From Lepidodermella squamata (taxonomy: Eukaryota > Animalia > Gastrotricha), in assembly GCA_047495785.1 (NCBI GenBank), contig JBLDXI010000029.1:2604001-2668000 (forward strand): DNA of 64,000 nucleotides, in the 5' to 3' direction. Positions 22,861 through 36,265 of this stretch are shown here, piece by piece (the stretch's first letter is position 1; the number at the start of each line of letters is the position of its first letter). A program made the translations under genes and the position numbers. Under the pieces are notes generated by a model that had not been told where the DNA came from, ran no database searches, and worked only from the letters and a program-made list of their open reading frames with translations.

Positions 22861-23210
22861 CACCAAAGATACAAAAATGAGTGTGAGGTGTGAGGGCAGT
22901 GGTAACTAGTTCAATCCTGTCGCCTGAAAATTCATCTTCCAGACAGAATAATGCGTAGATTCCTAACATCTTTCACTATCAACAACATCGCGCACTATGA
23001 GCGAAATTCGCCATCTTTGTTCAACTTGAAATTATTGAATAACATCCGGTTTCAGACAAGCAATTGTACTGCTTCATCAGGCTAGTTATCATGACAACCA
23101 TAGCATGTTTTGAAGACGCTTGTGGCAGTTTATACAAAAACAGCAAAGCGCATCTACAGTGTATTAACGCTCACTGCAGTATCAACTACTCTCCTTTAGC
23201 ATCAAAGAAT

Positions 23211-25012
23211 ATGTTGGCCTGCAATCGGAATCGTTTAGCTTTGATAACTGCAATTTTATCAGCATTTTTGACAACTAGCGAGGCTTGCCCTTCGCCATCG
23301 CCCGCATCAAGCTTCGTACCATTTACCAGCCCACCAGCGTTTGCTTGCCCAAGCAATCAGATATGCGTGCCAATCAGTAACCTGTGCGCAGATTCGTCGA
23401 AATCTTGCCAGCCAGTAGCCAATTCTATTTCATCTTGCCCAGTCGGTCAGTCATGCCTCTCAGCCGCTAATCCGTGCTCAGATTCATCAAAATCTTGCCA
23501 GACAACAGTAAGTCCGCAGTAAGCTATGTTTTCCGATATGCTATGATGGAGAGTAGTGTTGCGAAACGTACCTGCAGTTTTTATCGCTATTTTCTTGCGT
23601 GAGCAATATACAACATGCCATGCGTGTCTAGAAGTACTTAACCCGTCCTCAGTTATATGGAACTGGGTAACTGCCCTTTGAAATTATAAAGAGCAGAACC
23701 GTTTTAATAGACAGGGCCTTGTATGAAGTTGCTTGCATAAGCGCCTGCTGGGCAAGTGGTTGCGACCTTTTGCCTGTAAGTGCACTGATCGTCCTTTATC
23801 CACCTGAGTGCACTTGAGCGAACTCTTCACGCACGTCACAGGTGGAAGGCAGTATAGCTATAGTGGTCATTCGGCGATTTTAACTGTTGATCCAAGTATT
23901 CTTCAGACTGACTCATTAGGTTCGAAAAAGGGCAGGACTTGAATTCCGTTTGGGAAAATACAGGGCTGTCTCTTATAATCGTAAAATACGGTAAACAAAA
24001 ACCAGTCCTCAGTCTTTCTACATTCAAAAGTCTAAGTGAAATTAGGGTCCTTTTTAAGATCCGCTCTCAGCAACTGTTGGCGACTTTCGGGCTTGTAGAA
24101 GCAGCGACGTTGCGGCTTATTGCAGCAGTTGTTGAATTAACTGATAGATTTCGGAACAGATGCTGGAATTTACGAGGTTTGATCCGATAAACACGAATCC
24201 GTTTCTGTGAATGTGTAGCTAAAAACTTAATCGAAGGTGCGGAAATCGAGCTTTAAATTGAATAATTGAATATTAGACTTTAGTTCATGTTATTTATAAT
24301 CCAACGTTTAAGACGTTTATAATTCAAATTTTATCGTTTTCTCTTTTCTCGATTACCAGTCAAGTTACCAGCTGTGTATCATGACAACCCTGGGTTCTGC
24401 TCTTGCTGGAGCTACTCAAGTATCTCAAACTGTCAAGTTTTGCCACAACGTCGCCGGAGCATCGTGTACCGCTTATCTAACAGTAGCACCTCCTGCAGCG
24501 GTAATTATTTCATTAGCTCACCAAAACACGACAGTTCATATCGATTTATGTGGCTAGCCTGCTTCAGACGCGACAAACAGCTTCAGCACATTTGCTGCAT
24601 GCTGCGCAGCCACACAGACGCCTGCTAATGTTGCCTATATCAAATACGAAGTCCTCCCGCAGCCCTTTCCTGCCGCCGGCATATTGACCTGTATCGGAGG
24701 AGTTGATGCAACTCCTTACAAAATTACAGCCCCAACTGCCGTATCACCTTCTGGCTCTTGCGTTCGTTTTCCATATACAGCCAAAGTTGCCAGCAATGTA
24801 ATTGTATCTAGCGGATTGGTGAGCGCATGCGCTTTGCTTTTAACATGTATGCAAAGTTTTTAATTGATTGACATTTGTTGCAGACACGAGTTTCCTTTTT
24901 TGCCTACGCCGCCTTTACGAGCTGCTGCGTTGCTCTCGCTGCAACGGGTATGGGAAGCGGCGTCGGCGCAGCCACCATATATGGTATTGCGATGGAAGTA
25001 TGTGACGGGTGA
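23211..25012 (+). CDS. Secreted Cys-rich family gene A3 (~275 aa); exons 23211-23507, 24360-24500, 24558-24818, 24884-25012
   Basis: Open spliced frame with phase-0 GT-AG introns. Exon 1 resembles A1; intron 1 and exons 2-4 resemble A2. Confidence 0.88.
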
Positions 25013-26479
25013 AACATATTCAGCACTCATGGTCGATGAAAGAGCTCCAGCGATTTCTTGAATGAAACAAAAAATCATTGTATTTTTTTTTCGTCCTCCT
25101 TTATAGGCTAATTGTGATCTGCTTTCGCTCAAAATTTACTAAAGGTTTCGCATAAATACGCCTTCAGCTCAACTTCGATGCGACTCCTAACTATTCCCCT
25201 CAATGAGATCAGAGAACGCTGATATTCAGGTGGAGGGGTATGGGGACATTGAACTTTATATTTCAGCCTGGCGAATGACCTTGACCCGGTTTACTGCTGG
25301 TCTTGATCTAATAGCTGGCCTTGATCTGATAAAAAATTTGATATGTTGCTTGCTTGAGCTAAGCTTCGAAATCTACAGTTCCGACATACCTATCAAAGCT
25401 CATATTCAAGTTTTGGGAGGTTTTCCAAGCTCCAAGCACAGAAAACCTTACATTTCTAAATCGACAATCCAGATATTAGCTTCAGACGTAATTTCGATAG
25501 ATATTTTTTCTAGAAAATGGCTCAAATTCTTCAAGGAAATATTTGCAAAATTGTTCTCGCATTGCACGAAAATCCGATTTTTCCTACTGAAAATCAGCAC
25601 GCGTCCTCAACGTAGTATAGGGTGTAGGGTGGGCTCCTACCCGATAAGTAGCTGAAAAGCATACCCTTAGCGTTGTTGAATAACTCGGATGTAGGTTTGT
25701 TTACGAGGCCGCTCGGCGATAAAAATGAAGCCTGACAGGAAAATTGTCCGACCTAAATCTCAATATTCAATTACTGGCGGTAAAATTGGCGCATAAAGCA
25801 TAAACACATAATTAGAAGAACACGAAACGTCATTGCATCGATTTTCGAAAACACCGGCGCTGCGGTAAAAATATATCGTACAAAAGGCTATTGTATTGAC
25901 AGCACAAAATAATGAAAACACGCATCATTCAGTGATATACTACATGGGATTCGCCAATTTTCAAAATACTGGGGGTTGGGCGACAGAACCGCTCGCATAG
26001 AATAGGGAAAATGAATTAATTGGATTTTTTTGTATCTAAGCAAAGTCAGTCGCGGGCCTGACTAAAAACGCCGTGAATTGCAAAATTCGATTCTAGTCGT
26101 CCCGCCGCGATATAGATATCATTAGAATAATAGCCCAGACAACAATAGCCACGTGTCATTTACAGCCTACATTTTGAAATTCAAAGCAGAAATATATTCA
26201 GTAGCGCAAGGCTGAAATCGGTTTGATTTTGCAGAGAGCGTTATGAATGCATTCGAACGCGCAATTTACTCAACAGCGAAATTCCGCGGAGTATTAGCGG
26301 TGCGTGCAGAAGAAACTCCGCGGAGAGGAGTAATTACTGCCTGCCGCAGTGAAAGTGTTAAAAGTATAAAGGGGAGTCCAGGCAGCCCATTAGACACCGG
26401 TTCCGACGTGCCGATGACTGCCGTCTTTTGATGGAGGTTGCGTTAATTGGGTTGCGTTAATTGGGCATATTTGACTGAT

Positions 26480-26780
26480 CCTAAATAACCTAGATTGCAT
26501 CTTAGTTACAGTTCATATTGAAATTGAGCATTTCGTTCCTAAATAACCGCGGCGCATCGGCCCAAATGCCAATTTTTCGGCGCTGAAAGTCCAACAGAGA
26601 AATGGGATGATTAGGCGATGTGAGCATTAGTTTTCATCTAAGAATTGGTAGTAAAGTGGTAAGAATCCTCGCCTGTAACTCTAGAGACTAGGGTTGGAAT
26701 CCCCGCCAATGGGTTATTTTTCTGCTCTTTATTTTTTACCTCATTTAAATATGCACACATCCAAAAATTCAATACCCATG
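26480..26780 (+). repeat. Dispersed repeat with a tRNA-like cassette (~26647-26710); second copy at ~33880-34190
   Basis: Shared AGATTGCATCTTAGTT..GAGCATTTCG..CCGCGGCGCATCG and GGTAGTAAAGTGGT..GAGACTAGGGTT.GAATCCCCGC (A-box and B-box like). Confidence 0.7.
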
Positions 26781-27731
26781 AATTCAGGGGTTGTAAAAAA
26801 ACGTTCATGCGCTTAATGCATTTTCAAAACATGGATCGCTTGTGAGCTCGCTAATGTTAGCAAAAAGCATGAATTCATGCCTTTTTTCCTGTGAAGATTC
26901 CCTTGATTGCGTTTTCGTACTCGTTTCGAGTACGCATCGGGCAGCAATTATATAAACGGCCAATTTTGTGCTTAAATGTTGTGCTCCTCAGGGTAGGACA
27001 AGAATGGTTGACTGAATCATAGAAGCCGATCTAAAGGTTTGATCTAAACCAACCTTGCACTGGACTGAAACTTTGGAAACCAGATTTCGAGGCGGAAATT
27101 ACCGTCATCGCCGAGGTAGTATTGTCGCGCTCAATTTCCAGTTTCCATCAGCTATGATGCGAGAGCAAAGAGCAAAGTTTCAAACGATGCTGGCGATATA
27201 ATTATATCCGAGTTTCAAGCCTTTGAGGTCGTGTAATCCACCACCTGAGGAATCAATGACGCCGGCACTTATGCTGGTATAACAGGCACGACAGGAGGCT
27301 AAGGCAGCGGGAAGTAAAGCACTGACTGGAAAAACTAAATACCCGATCGAAACATAGAATAACATGAACAGACTGAGGAAAGGCCAAACGAATGGGAACA
27401 ACGATAGAAAATATGAAAATCAACCAAAGACAGTATGAATGAACTACGGAAGTATTGTTAACTTCGCAGCCCCTTTATTTTATTTATTTTCTTAACACAA
27501 CATCCTGCTTGTAATTGAAATCAAGCACGTTCGTTTGGCACTTGGTGGAAAACATCCGGTGTCATGCATGCCATTGTATATGCTATTATTGTGTTTTAGT
27601 TAGTTATCATCGCCACATCATCAGTTTTAATAAGATGCATAGCTGTTTGAAACAAAAACAGTCGTATAACACATCTACAGCTAAAACCTCATCACTCCAG
27701 CGTTAACTACTCTCCTATGACAGCCACAACT

Positions 27732-29262
27732 ATGTTGCGCAGCAATAGGAATTATTTTGCTTTGGTAACGGCAATTCTATCAGTATTTTTGGAAAATATC
27801 GAAGCTTGCCCTTCGGCATCGTCTCCATCAAGCTTCGTACCATTTACCAGCCCGCCGGCATTTGCTTGCCCAACCGGTCAAATATGCGTGCCATCCAGTA
27901 ATCAGTGCTCAGATCCATCAAAGTCTTGCCAGGTAGCAACCAGTCCCTGCACAGTAAGTCACATTTGTCATGTTTATAATCGGTCCCAGATGGATATGAG
28001 GGATAGAATTCCTAAGCGTACTATTATTATTCAACATTTCAGTAAATGTTCCCTTTTGGAATGTTCGCAATACATACTTGGCATGAATTTGCGCGTCAGG
28101 AAGCTGGTTCTCTCCATTCCACTTATACTTCCAATATCCTATTCTTTATTATCCAAATCCTGCGACAATTAATGATACGAAGGGCGATTGAAGAAGGGAA
28201 AAGTTGAAGATTTTTGGAATATTACGGATAGCGTGATTTGCTTCTCTCTCGGCCTTGAGGCGAGGTTTTTAACCGTAAGTCGATGAATGATGATGAAGGC
28301 ATAGATCACTACCTACTACCTTCTCTATGGATGAAAGCCAATGTTTAGGATATGATTTATTTCAATTTCAGCCGGAATATTTGGCCAAGCGAATCGAACC
28401 ACAACAGAGATTATTAGATGCTTTTTGGCATTTTCAAGCAGAAAATAGGCTTAATAGAAGTTGCTAAATGAACTGTGGACCACTTGAAGAAATTATTAGG
28501 AAGAGGTCCGGCTTTGACTTTAACTGAAAAATTAAAATATACTGAGAAAGAGCAGCGATGAGCCTATTGCCTATTTAAACGTCTTCTTCGCATTTTATAT
28601 GTTAAGGTTTGATTTTCTGGGTTTTTAGCAGCTAAATTTTCCACTATGCACCGGCATGACCATGGGCGGTGCAGGCGTCAGCCAGAATGTCAAATTGTGC
28701 ACTTCCAACGGCCTGGCTTGCATAGCAGTTTTCGGCAACACATTCGCGGTAAGAACAACCCCAAGATTTAAAGTCATTCATCGGAAGTTTTGCCTAGCAA
28801 TCCACGGCAACGCCGAGCTCATTCAGCACATTCACCGACTGCTGCGCCGCTACAACTGCTACTGCTGCCAACATTCGCTATGAGTCGATTCCGGGCATCT
28901 CACCAACTGTCGCGCCATCTATGGCCTGCATTGGAGCTGCTGATGCCTTACCTTACAAGGTAACATCTTTAAATGGCGCTAAAACTGCAAATTGTGTCCG
29001 CTTTCCGCACACGGCGAACGCCCTTACTGATGTCATCGCAGGATTTACAGTGGTATGATAGTTTATACGTAATTCAGCGAGGAAATGACAAGCTCATTCG
29101 CAGGTAACTTCCCCGGCAACTACCTACGCACACACGTCTTTCATAGCCTGCTGCGCAGCTCTTATTGCTGGTTCATCAGGCGGCATTCCTAACGCCATTG
29201 TCATTACTACGACTACGGCGTACGGTCTCACCTTGGACCGTTGCCAATCCACCAATCCGTAG
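27732..29262 (+). CDS. Secreted Cys-rich family gene A4 (~251 aa; alternative ATG 27717); exons 27732-27953, 28629-28748, 28798-29052, 29104-29262
   Basis: Signal peptide, phase-0 introns and family motifs (FSTFTDCC, IRYE, CVRFPHTA, SFIACC, YGLTLDRC). Confidence 0.88.
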
Positions 29263-30956
29263 AGTTGAGAAATTTGTCAGTTGTCTTGTTTATTTTGATT
29301 AGATGCGTAAATAAATCAAGATTCACTTGTAATTAAAAGGTATTTAAGATAATGATTTTCAGATGCAACTGTTTTTTGATGAAATGCCTCAACGGTTGGC
29401 AACTATGAGAGGTCTGCAAACTCAATTATTTTAGTGTGCTGAACACAACGATTTTCGCGCATCCAAAATCGATCAAAATGCAATTTTGTATAATCCCTTA
29501 TTAATCACCGCGAGAAAACTTGGCAGGTAATTCTTCCGATCTTCCCCATAGCTTCTTACTTCTTCTTACTTGAAAAGTCGGTAAACTGCAGTTTTTATAC
29601 GTCTTAAAGTCAACAGAAAAATGGAGTCTTTTATATGCTTAAACCGTGAAAACATGAAAGTTGGGCAGCCAATCATAACAGCAAATACCCAAAACAGCAG
29701 ACGCGACAAAACAGCAAACTTGTCAACCTGCAGCATGACAACAAAAACACGATGCATCACTTAAATAGATAGTTTTCGCCGTTTTTGTTGTAAAATAAAA
29801 AATTGCTATTTGCTGTTCTGCGCAGTTGCTGTTTTGTCGCCGTACCGAAAGTTGCAATGCCCCATTTTCAATTTAGAGAATTAACGAGCTGGATATGATT
29901 TTACGAGCCGTTGCCATGTTTACTCCCAGCTCTTCAAATGTCCTTTGATCTAAATTTCTTGGACACAATGCAATTTGAAAGCATATGTATTTACGCAAAT
30001 GAGAATGCACTTTCAGATTTCAGACTCAAGGTGCCTAATATGCGCGTGGTAATGATAGATTTGATTCCGTTACAAAACCTATCAATTAAATCGAGGCCTT
30101 CGAAAATAGAGATTCTTGACATTCTTGACAGTAGCTGTTACGGATTCGCTCATCAAGTATACGAGAAGGTTGCATTCTCGCGACTTCATGGAACAGGTGG
30201 AAATGCAAAAGCTTGCTTTTCGAGCATTCAGGTCCAACCGGCTGCCTCAACACTCAGATCCTATTTCGCGCACTGACTCCTACCTTTATCAATCTGTCAC
30301 GCCGTAAAAAATGTGTCAAACAGAAGTTAGAAATGGCTGTTTCATTATAGAGGTCAATACGGCTTCAAAAACGAGGCCCCTTTAATTATTACTTGCCAAC
30401 AGCATTCTGCAATGCAGCCGGTGCTTTCTTGTCAAGTCACTTCCAAATGATGGCAGCCAGGTTGTTGGTTAATGAACTGTTAATGGTCTTGAGGGTGGAT
30501 GCTTACTGGCAAGAGCTAAAGCTAAGATATAAGACAAGGGCAAACTTCGTCACCGGTCAACGGGCTCAAGGGTCCTAGGTCCTAGGTCCTAGGCTCATTA
30601 TCCTTATATCGGAGTCTGAGGTCCTGAGCTATATCATCAAGGAAATCAATGATAAATTTGGCAATGCGGCGGATGCTCGCTGCTCGCTGCATGAGCAAAG
30701 GATTGTTACCAAAATCAGGTTCAACGTTCAAAACACAGGGGCTAGACGCCAATGCCAACAGGTTTCCAGACATAATTAAAGATGTTCAGTTTTAGTCACG
30801 ATAGACTTGCTTGACTAGTTATCATGATAATTATTTGTATATTACATTCAGAGCTGCTCAATTGTATGAAACAAAAAAAACTAGTAGGCCGCATCTACAG
30901 GTGACAATTCCCGGCAGTGTTAACAACTCTGCATGCATAAAGCATAAACAAATAAT

Positions 30957-31974
30957 ATGATGTTGTCCAGCAATTGCAGCCGTTTGATTTTTTTGATTTC
31001 ATCACTGCTTTTTGAGGCTGGAGACACTTGCCCTTCGTCATCGACTCCATCAAAATTTGAACCTTTTACCTACCCGCCTATATTTGCTTGCCCAAGCAGT
31101 CAGATTTGCGCGCCAGTCAGTAACCCGTGTTTGGAAGCATCGAAATCTTGTCAGCTAACACCTACTGTAAGCCAGATTTTAAGACAGATAAGTACCAGAT
31201 GTTTAGCATTTGGGTTTTGGATGAAAATTTCTGCTCAGTAAACATCCAAAATAGATTACATTTGTCATCCAGCATTCATATTATCTCTCTAAATCCCATG
31301 TTTTGCAGCCAGCCTATCAACTATGCACTGGCGCGACCTTCGGCGGCGAAGGAATCAGCCAGAATGTCAAGTTGTGCACTTCCAACGGTCTGGCATGTAC
31401 AATAGTTTTCGGCAGCACATTCACGGTAAGAACAACCTCAAGGTTCACAGTCATTTATCGGAAGTTTTGCCTAGCAAGCCGCGGCAACGCCAACTGTCCC
31501 GAACTCTTTCATGACATTCGCTGACTGCTGCACTGCTGCAGCCCCTGCTAGCCCGAATGCCGCCAACATTCGCTATGAACTGATTCCGGGCATCACATCA
31601 TTTGTCGTACCATCTATCGCATGCATCGGAACTGCTGATGCCTTGCCGTACAAGATTACAACGCCTTCTAATAACATGAAAATTGGCAACTGCGTCCGCT
31701 TCCCGCATACTGCCAGTGCCTTAACCGATATACCCGCAGCTTTTTCCTGGGTGGTGAGAGCATTTTTAAACTAACTATTTTCGAAGGAAAACAACATGTC
31801 TCATTGTAGCAAACCTACCCTGCAGCTACTTACGCGTTCACTTCGTTCAAAGACTGCTGCGCTGCTCTTGCTTGGAACTATTATTGTTGCTATCCGTATG
31901 CGAACGTGTTGATTTCGGCTGCGACTAATGCCTACGGTCTCACTTTGGAACGGTGTCAAGCTATAACGCCATAG
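30957..31974 (+). CDS. Secreted Cys-rich family gene A5 (~256 aa); exons 30957-31166, 31309-31425, 31475-31753, 31810-31974
   Basis: Signal peptide, open spliced frame and family motifs, with an extra CC in the exon 4 loop (WNYYCCYPY). Confidence 0.87.
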
Positions 31975-32230
31975 TAACGCCATCAGTTTCGACTCAATTT
32001 GGTCATACTCGATATATCAAGAAAGGCGGTGCTAACGTAATAAAGTAACTATTACGGGCAGCTTTTCCTGGAATTTGGCTTTTAATAAGCTCAAAGTGAT
32101 ATTATATTGATATATCGATTATTTGATGCTGGGTTACCCGTGTGGTTTAGGTTTTCCCAAAAACATCAGCGCGTAAAGTGCCATCAAATCTAACAATTGA
32201 AATCCTGGATTTGAGCATTTTTAGATCGCG

Positions 32231-32648
32231 CAATGACTTTGATTTGATTTGATTTAATTTCTTCAGTAAATCATAGGTCTTTGTGAATCAATAATTTCAA
32301 CTCAAATCCCCAAAAATCGATATTAAATCAATCAAATCAAATCATCAGGCCCGTTGAAAACAAATCAAAGCAAATCTTTCGCATAGGGAAACGTTAGTAT
32401 CATGGTAAATTTTTGTAGATTCTTTCAAATTTTATGCTTGGCTTTGGCAGAATGAGCATGAAATGGGATGCATAGCTTTGGAGGCTTTGGAAAACAGTTG
32501 TTTTCAAGGCAAATGTGAGTTCTCATATTTAGTAACGGGGGAAATTCCGAGAGCTCTGATTTTTTTAATCAGCAGTAAATCAAGTGGGCTAATTTCAAAT
32601 AAAATCATCCAAAAATTGCCTAAATCAAATCAAATCAAAGTCTCTGGG
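32231..32648. mobile_element. MITE with (GATTT)n/(AAATC)n termini; related remnant at ~33540-33785
   Basis: CAATGACTTTGATTTGATTTGATTTA at the left end is inverted as TAAATCAAATCAAATCAAAGTCTCTG at the right end. Confidence 0.7.
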
Positions 32649-32795
32649 TTTAAGCTTCGGCGTCCTAACTACGTTTCATGCAAAACGTGACACAGTGTAA
32701 AGAATGGCCAGTGATGATTCTAATTTTTATTTCATTTCATCGGTATAGATATAAATGATAATAAAAGGCTCAATAGTAATACATTCTGTTATTAT

Positions 32796-35095
32796 TCACT
32801 GCCGCAGAAAAGCGGGAATATTTTGCTTGAGGGAATTAGACTCGCCGAAGACAATAATCTAATTTACCATGCAGGTCTCGATAAGGGGAATACCATAGAC
32901 ACAGCCTGAATTGCGAAATTGCAAGCTAGTCGACGGTGATAAAAGCAAGCAGCATTCTGCGAAACTTGGAGCCCCGTATGTACTGCCTCTTGTAACCTGA
33001 ATGCAAAAAAGGGAAATTGCGTTACATACCTAAAAACGCAAAAAATTACCAAGGTGTTCGCAACGGCAACCCCATCGGTTGGCAAAGCAGTGTATGGGAA
33101 GCGGATACAACCAGTGGAAATTGAACCATCATCTAATAAAGATGTTATCTTGTACGGAGCATCAGTGCCGGTCTTTGGAACGCAAATCGTGACAGAAGGA
33201 ACGCCGTAAACGTTGGGAAGCACTTCGTAGATAAGAGGAGCACTCCCTCTCGCGGCATTACAGCAAGCTGAAAATGTTGAAAACGTATTTGGCGAGGCAG
33301 CAGAATCCTGGCAAATTAACTGTTAGGAGATCGAAGTTAACTAGTCATTTCTTACCACTACGTTACGCGCCAAGACTGAGGTGCATGACCCGCCGTTCGA
33401 TGTGCAAAATGGGACGTTGCTTTTCGAGACTGAGGAATCGCCCAGTGTCTGCGTGATCATGCATAACTTGTAGACAGTCTGGATTTCGAAAGAATTTGTG
33501 TAAACAATTATGCTATTAGAACACATGAGAAATACATGAATTCCGTTTCCAAACTCATGAATTTTGGGGGATAAATCGAGACTTAACTTTGAGGCATGAA
33601 ATCAAAAAGAGGAGTGATTTTTTTGTCTTACGATATCAAGTGTTTAGATCGCATCCCCAAGGTTAAATCAAAATCAATCAAGTAGAAAAAGTAGAAATAC
33701 TTCCCCGCTCAAATCAATCGTCCCAAGTCTAAATCAGTGAAAATAGACGCTAAATCAAATCAAATTAAATGCAAAGCATTGCCTCTTAGCATTGGATTAA
33801 AAGCTGAAAACACCCAAACGATGCTCAAAAGTATATCAATTATCGTTAATTTGACATTTTAGTCGAGTGATTTATAAATGGCCCAGATTGCATCTTAGTT
33901 CAGTGCAATTTGGAATTGAGCATTTCGGTCAGAAGAAAGCCGCGGCGCATCGACCAAAATGCCATTTTTCGGCGTTGAAAATTCTCAGTAAAAAAAAGCA
34001 TCAGAGTCGAACAAGTCCAAAAGTCCAAAAGAGAAAGGTGATGATGAGGCCAGGTGAGAATTAGCTTTCATTTCAGCATTGGTAGTAAAGTGGTTAGAAT
34101 TCGAGCCTTTAACTCTTGAGACTAGGGTTTGAATCCCCGCAAATGCGTCATTTTTCCTTGTTTCTTCGGCATGCACACTCAAAAAATGCGAAACCTATGG
34201 GGTTATTTTTATAGCCGTCTTTATTGATAAAGTTAACTTGATCGCTTAGAAATAAAGTCGACTTTATGACAAGGATGATTTTCGAACATAAAATCAACTG
34301 TATTTTACTTAAGTCGGCTTTAGCTCACAAACGTAAATGTACTACGGCCTATTAGGTCGACCAGCCTCTTCTTTAACGGCCAATTTTTGGCCGAAATCAA
34401 GCGTTTTGACCTCAAAAACTCTTGTTGACATGATTGTATGACGAATCATAGCAATAAAAGCGCTGGCTAGAAGTAGGTCACGGCTAATGATGAACAATTT
34501 GAAACTGGCGCCTAGTATTTTATTGGCAGATAGAGCCGACTTTATTTGATAAAGACAGCTTAGAAAATAACCCCCATGAATCTTGTGAAGTTATGCGACT
34601 TACTGGACTTGAGCAAGATTGCCCACTAGGGCATTGAGTTGCTGTCTTCGAAATACAGTTTTTCGAAGAGGTGTCGCAAATATTGGCGGTCGGAGTGCAA
34701 GACTGACCGGATGGACACGAGGAATATCCAGTGTTAGGTACGCATATGCTTGTTGATGCATCGCATACATTTGCTGATGCCACACAAGAAGACCCAGTGC
34801 TACACGGATTGCTTGTCGATAAGCAAGACTGGCCAGTAGGGCAAGTCGGTGAGCTACACGGACTGCTTGGTGCTGAACACGACTGACCAGTTGGGCAAGA
34901 CGACAGGCTACACGGACTGCTGGTCGATAAGCTGCTTGCTGATAAACAGGACTGGCCGCTGGGACACGGATTGCTTTTCGATAAACAAGACTGGCCAGTA
35001 GGGCAAGTCAAACTAAACGTTACGCTCGACAAAGGAGGGCAAGCTGTAGCAACGGTACAGGCAGTCGCCAGAATGGCAGCAATTATTAATTCCAT
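32796..35095 (-). CDS. Secreted Cys-rich family gene B1 (~334 aa); exons 35095-34604, 33478-33356, 33307-33050, 32996-32868, with a probable stop-only exon at 32798-32796
   Basis: Signal peptide MELIIAAILATACTVATA, CPxGQSC repeats, phase-0 introns and the conserved 10-Cys domain. Confidence 0.87.
34199..34572. mobile_element. MITE with GGGTTATTTT termini in B1 intron 1; inverted relative at 55053-55332
   Basis: Terminal inverted GGGTTATTTT / AAAATAACCC and internal ATAAAGTCGACTTT motifs. Confidence 0.75.
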
Positions 35096-36265
35096 TTAGT
35101 GTCGAAGCGAATGAAACTTCTACAATGCGAGTCGGGAAGACAGTAAAAAATCTCCTCGACGGTTGGAAATATCTCTAAGAAGCTCGAGGTTTAAAAAACA
35201 ACGGATTTTTCCTCCTGATATACGCTCAGGTTTGAGATTTGGCATCAAGCACATTCGTAATAAAAACATGGACCACGCTAATTGCGCCGAACGCGCTACC
35301 CAGGTGCCACATTCTTTGCCCACGTGCGGCATGAACGGGTAGTTTCATTCGCCTCACATTCGACGCCAGGCCGCATAAACAATGGGTCCTCAACAACGTC
35401 GATGCCGTCAACAACGAGATGATGGTTCTCAACACCCACAATTTTCCTTGCGCTTCTTATCTGCATAATTATTTCTTAACATGAGTTTTTTGTTCACATC
35501 TTGAGAACAAAAGCTTTAAGATTAGCAGAGATAACTACCTGGGTTATTTTGGGAGAAGGCAAACAACTGGGTTAGCATTTTTTGCTAAACACTGTGCTTT
35601 TTTTACTGTGCATTTTTTCGGTGGAAAATTAGGCACCAGCAGTGTGTCATATTCAAGTACTTTCAAAATTTAAAATATATTTAGTAACTCAACCATTTTC
35701 AAATTTAAAATTCTGTAAATCTACATGGACCCACTATTGGACGCGGCGATTGCCCATTTCTTTACCCGATGTAAATCGGATAAAAATTCATAAAGAAATG
35801 AATTTTCGAAAATTGGCACAGAGCAGATTATTCATTATTAGAAAAAAATATGGGTCACGCATGATTACCCAAGCGCGCCTACGTGCAACAGGCCATACTT
35901 TGCCCACGTGCAGCATGTACAGGTCCTCGTACATTTGACGGCAGGCAGCAAAAAAGTTGGTCCTCAACATCGTCAATGCACTCAACATCGTGATGATGTT
36001 TCTCAATGCCTAAAATTGTAATTGTGCTTTTATCTGTTTATTTTATCTCACAAAAAAGTTGCTGCTCACATCTCAAGAAAAAATGGCAAAAATGAAAAAA
36101 ATAGATAACTTAACCTTATTCTGATGCTTTTCTAACGCTGCGTTACCTCAACCTGAATGTAACCAGTCCTGCTTCTCTTACTACATATTTGAAACTGTTT
36201 CTGCCAGCTTTCCAATTAGCTCAGTTTCCTCAGAGTAAGTTTTCCGTTAATTTTGTCAATTTGTG

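Noticed and set aside
26645-26712. Functional tRNA genes here and at 5853, 34080, 37555, 46336 and ~55470
   Set aside because: A and B boxes are present but acceptor and anticodon stems do not form, and the cassettes are embedded in repeats.
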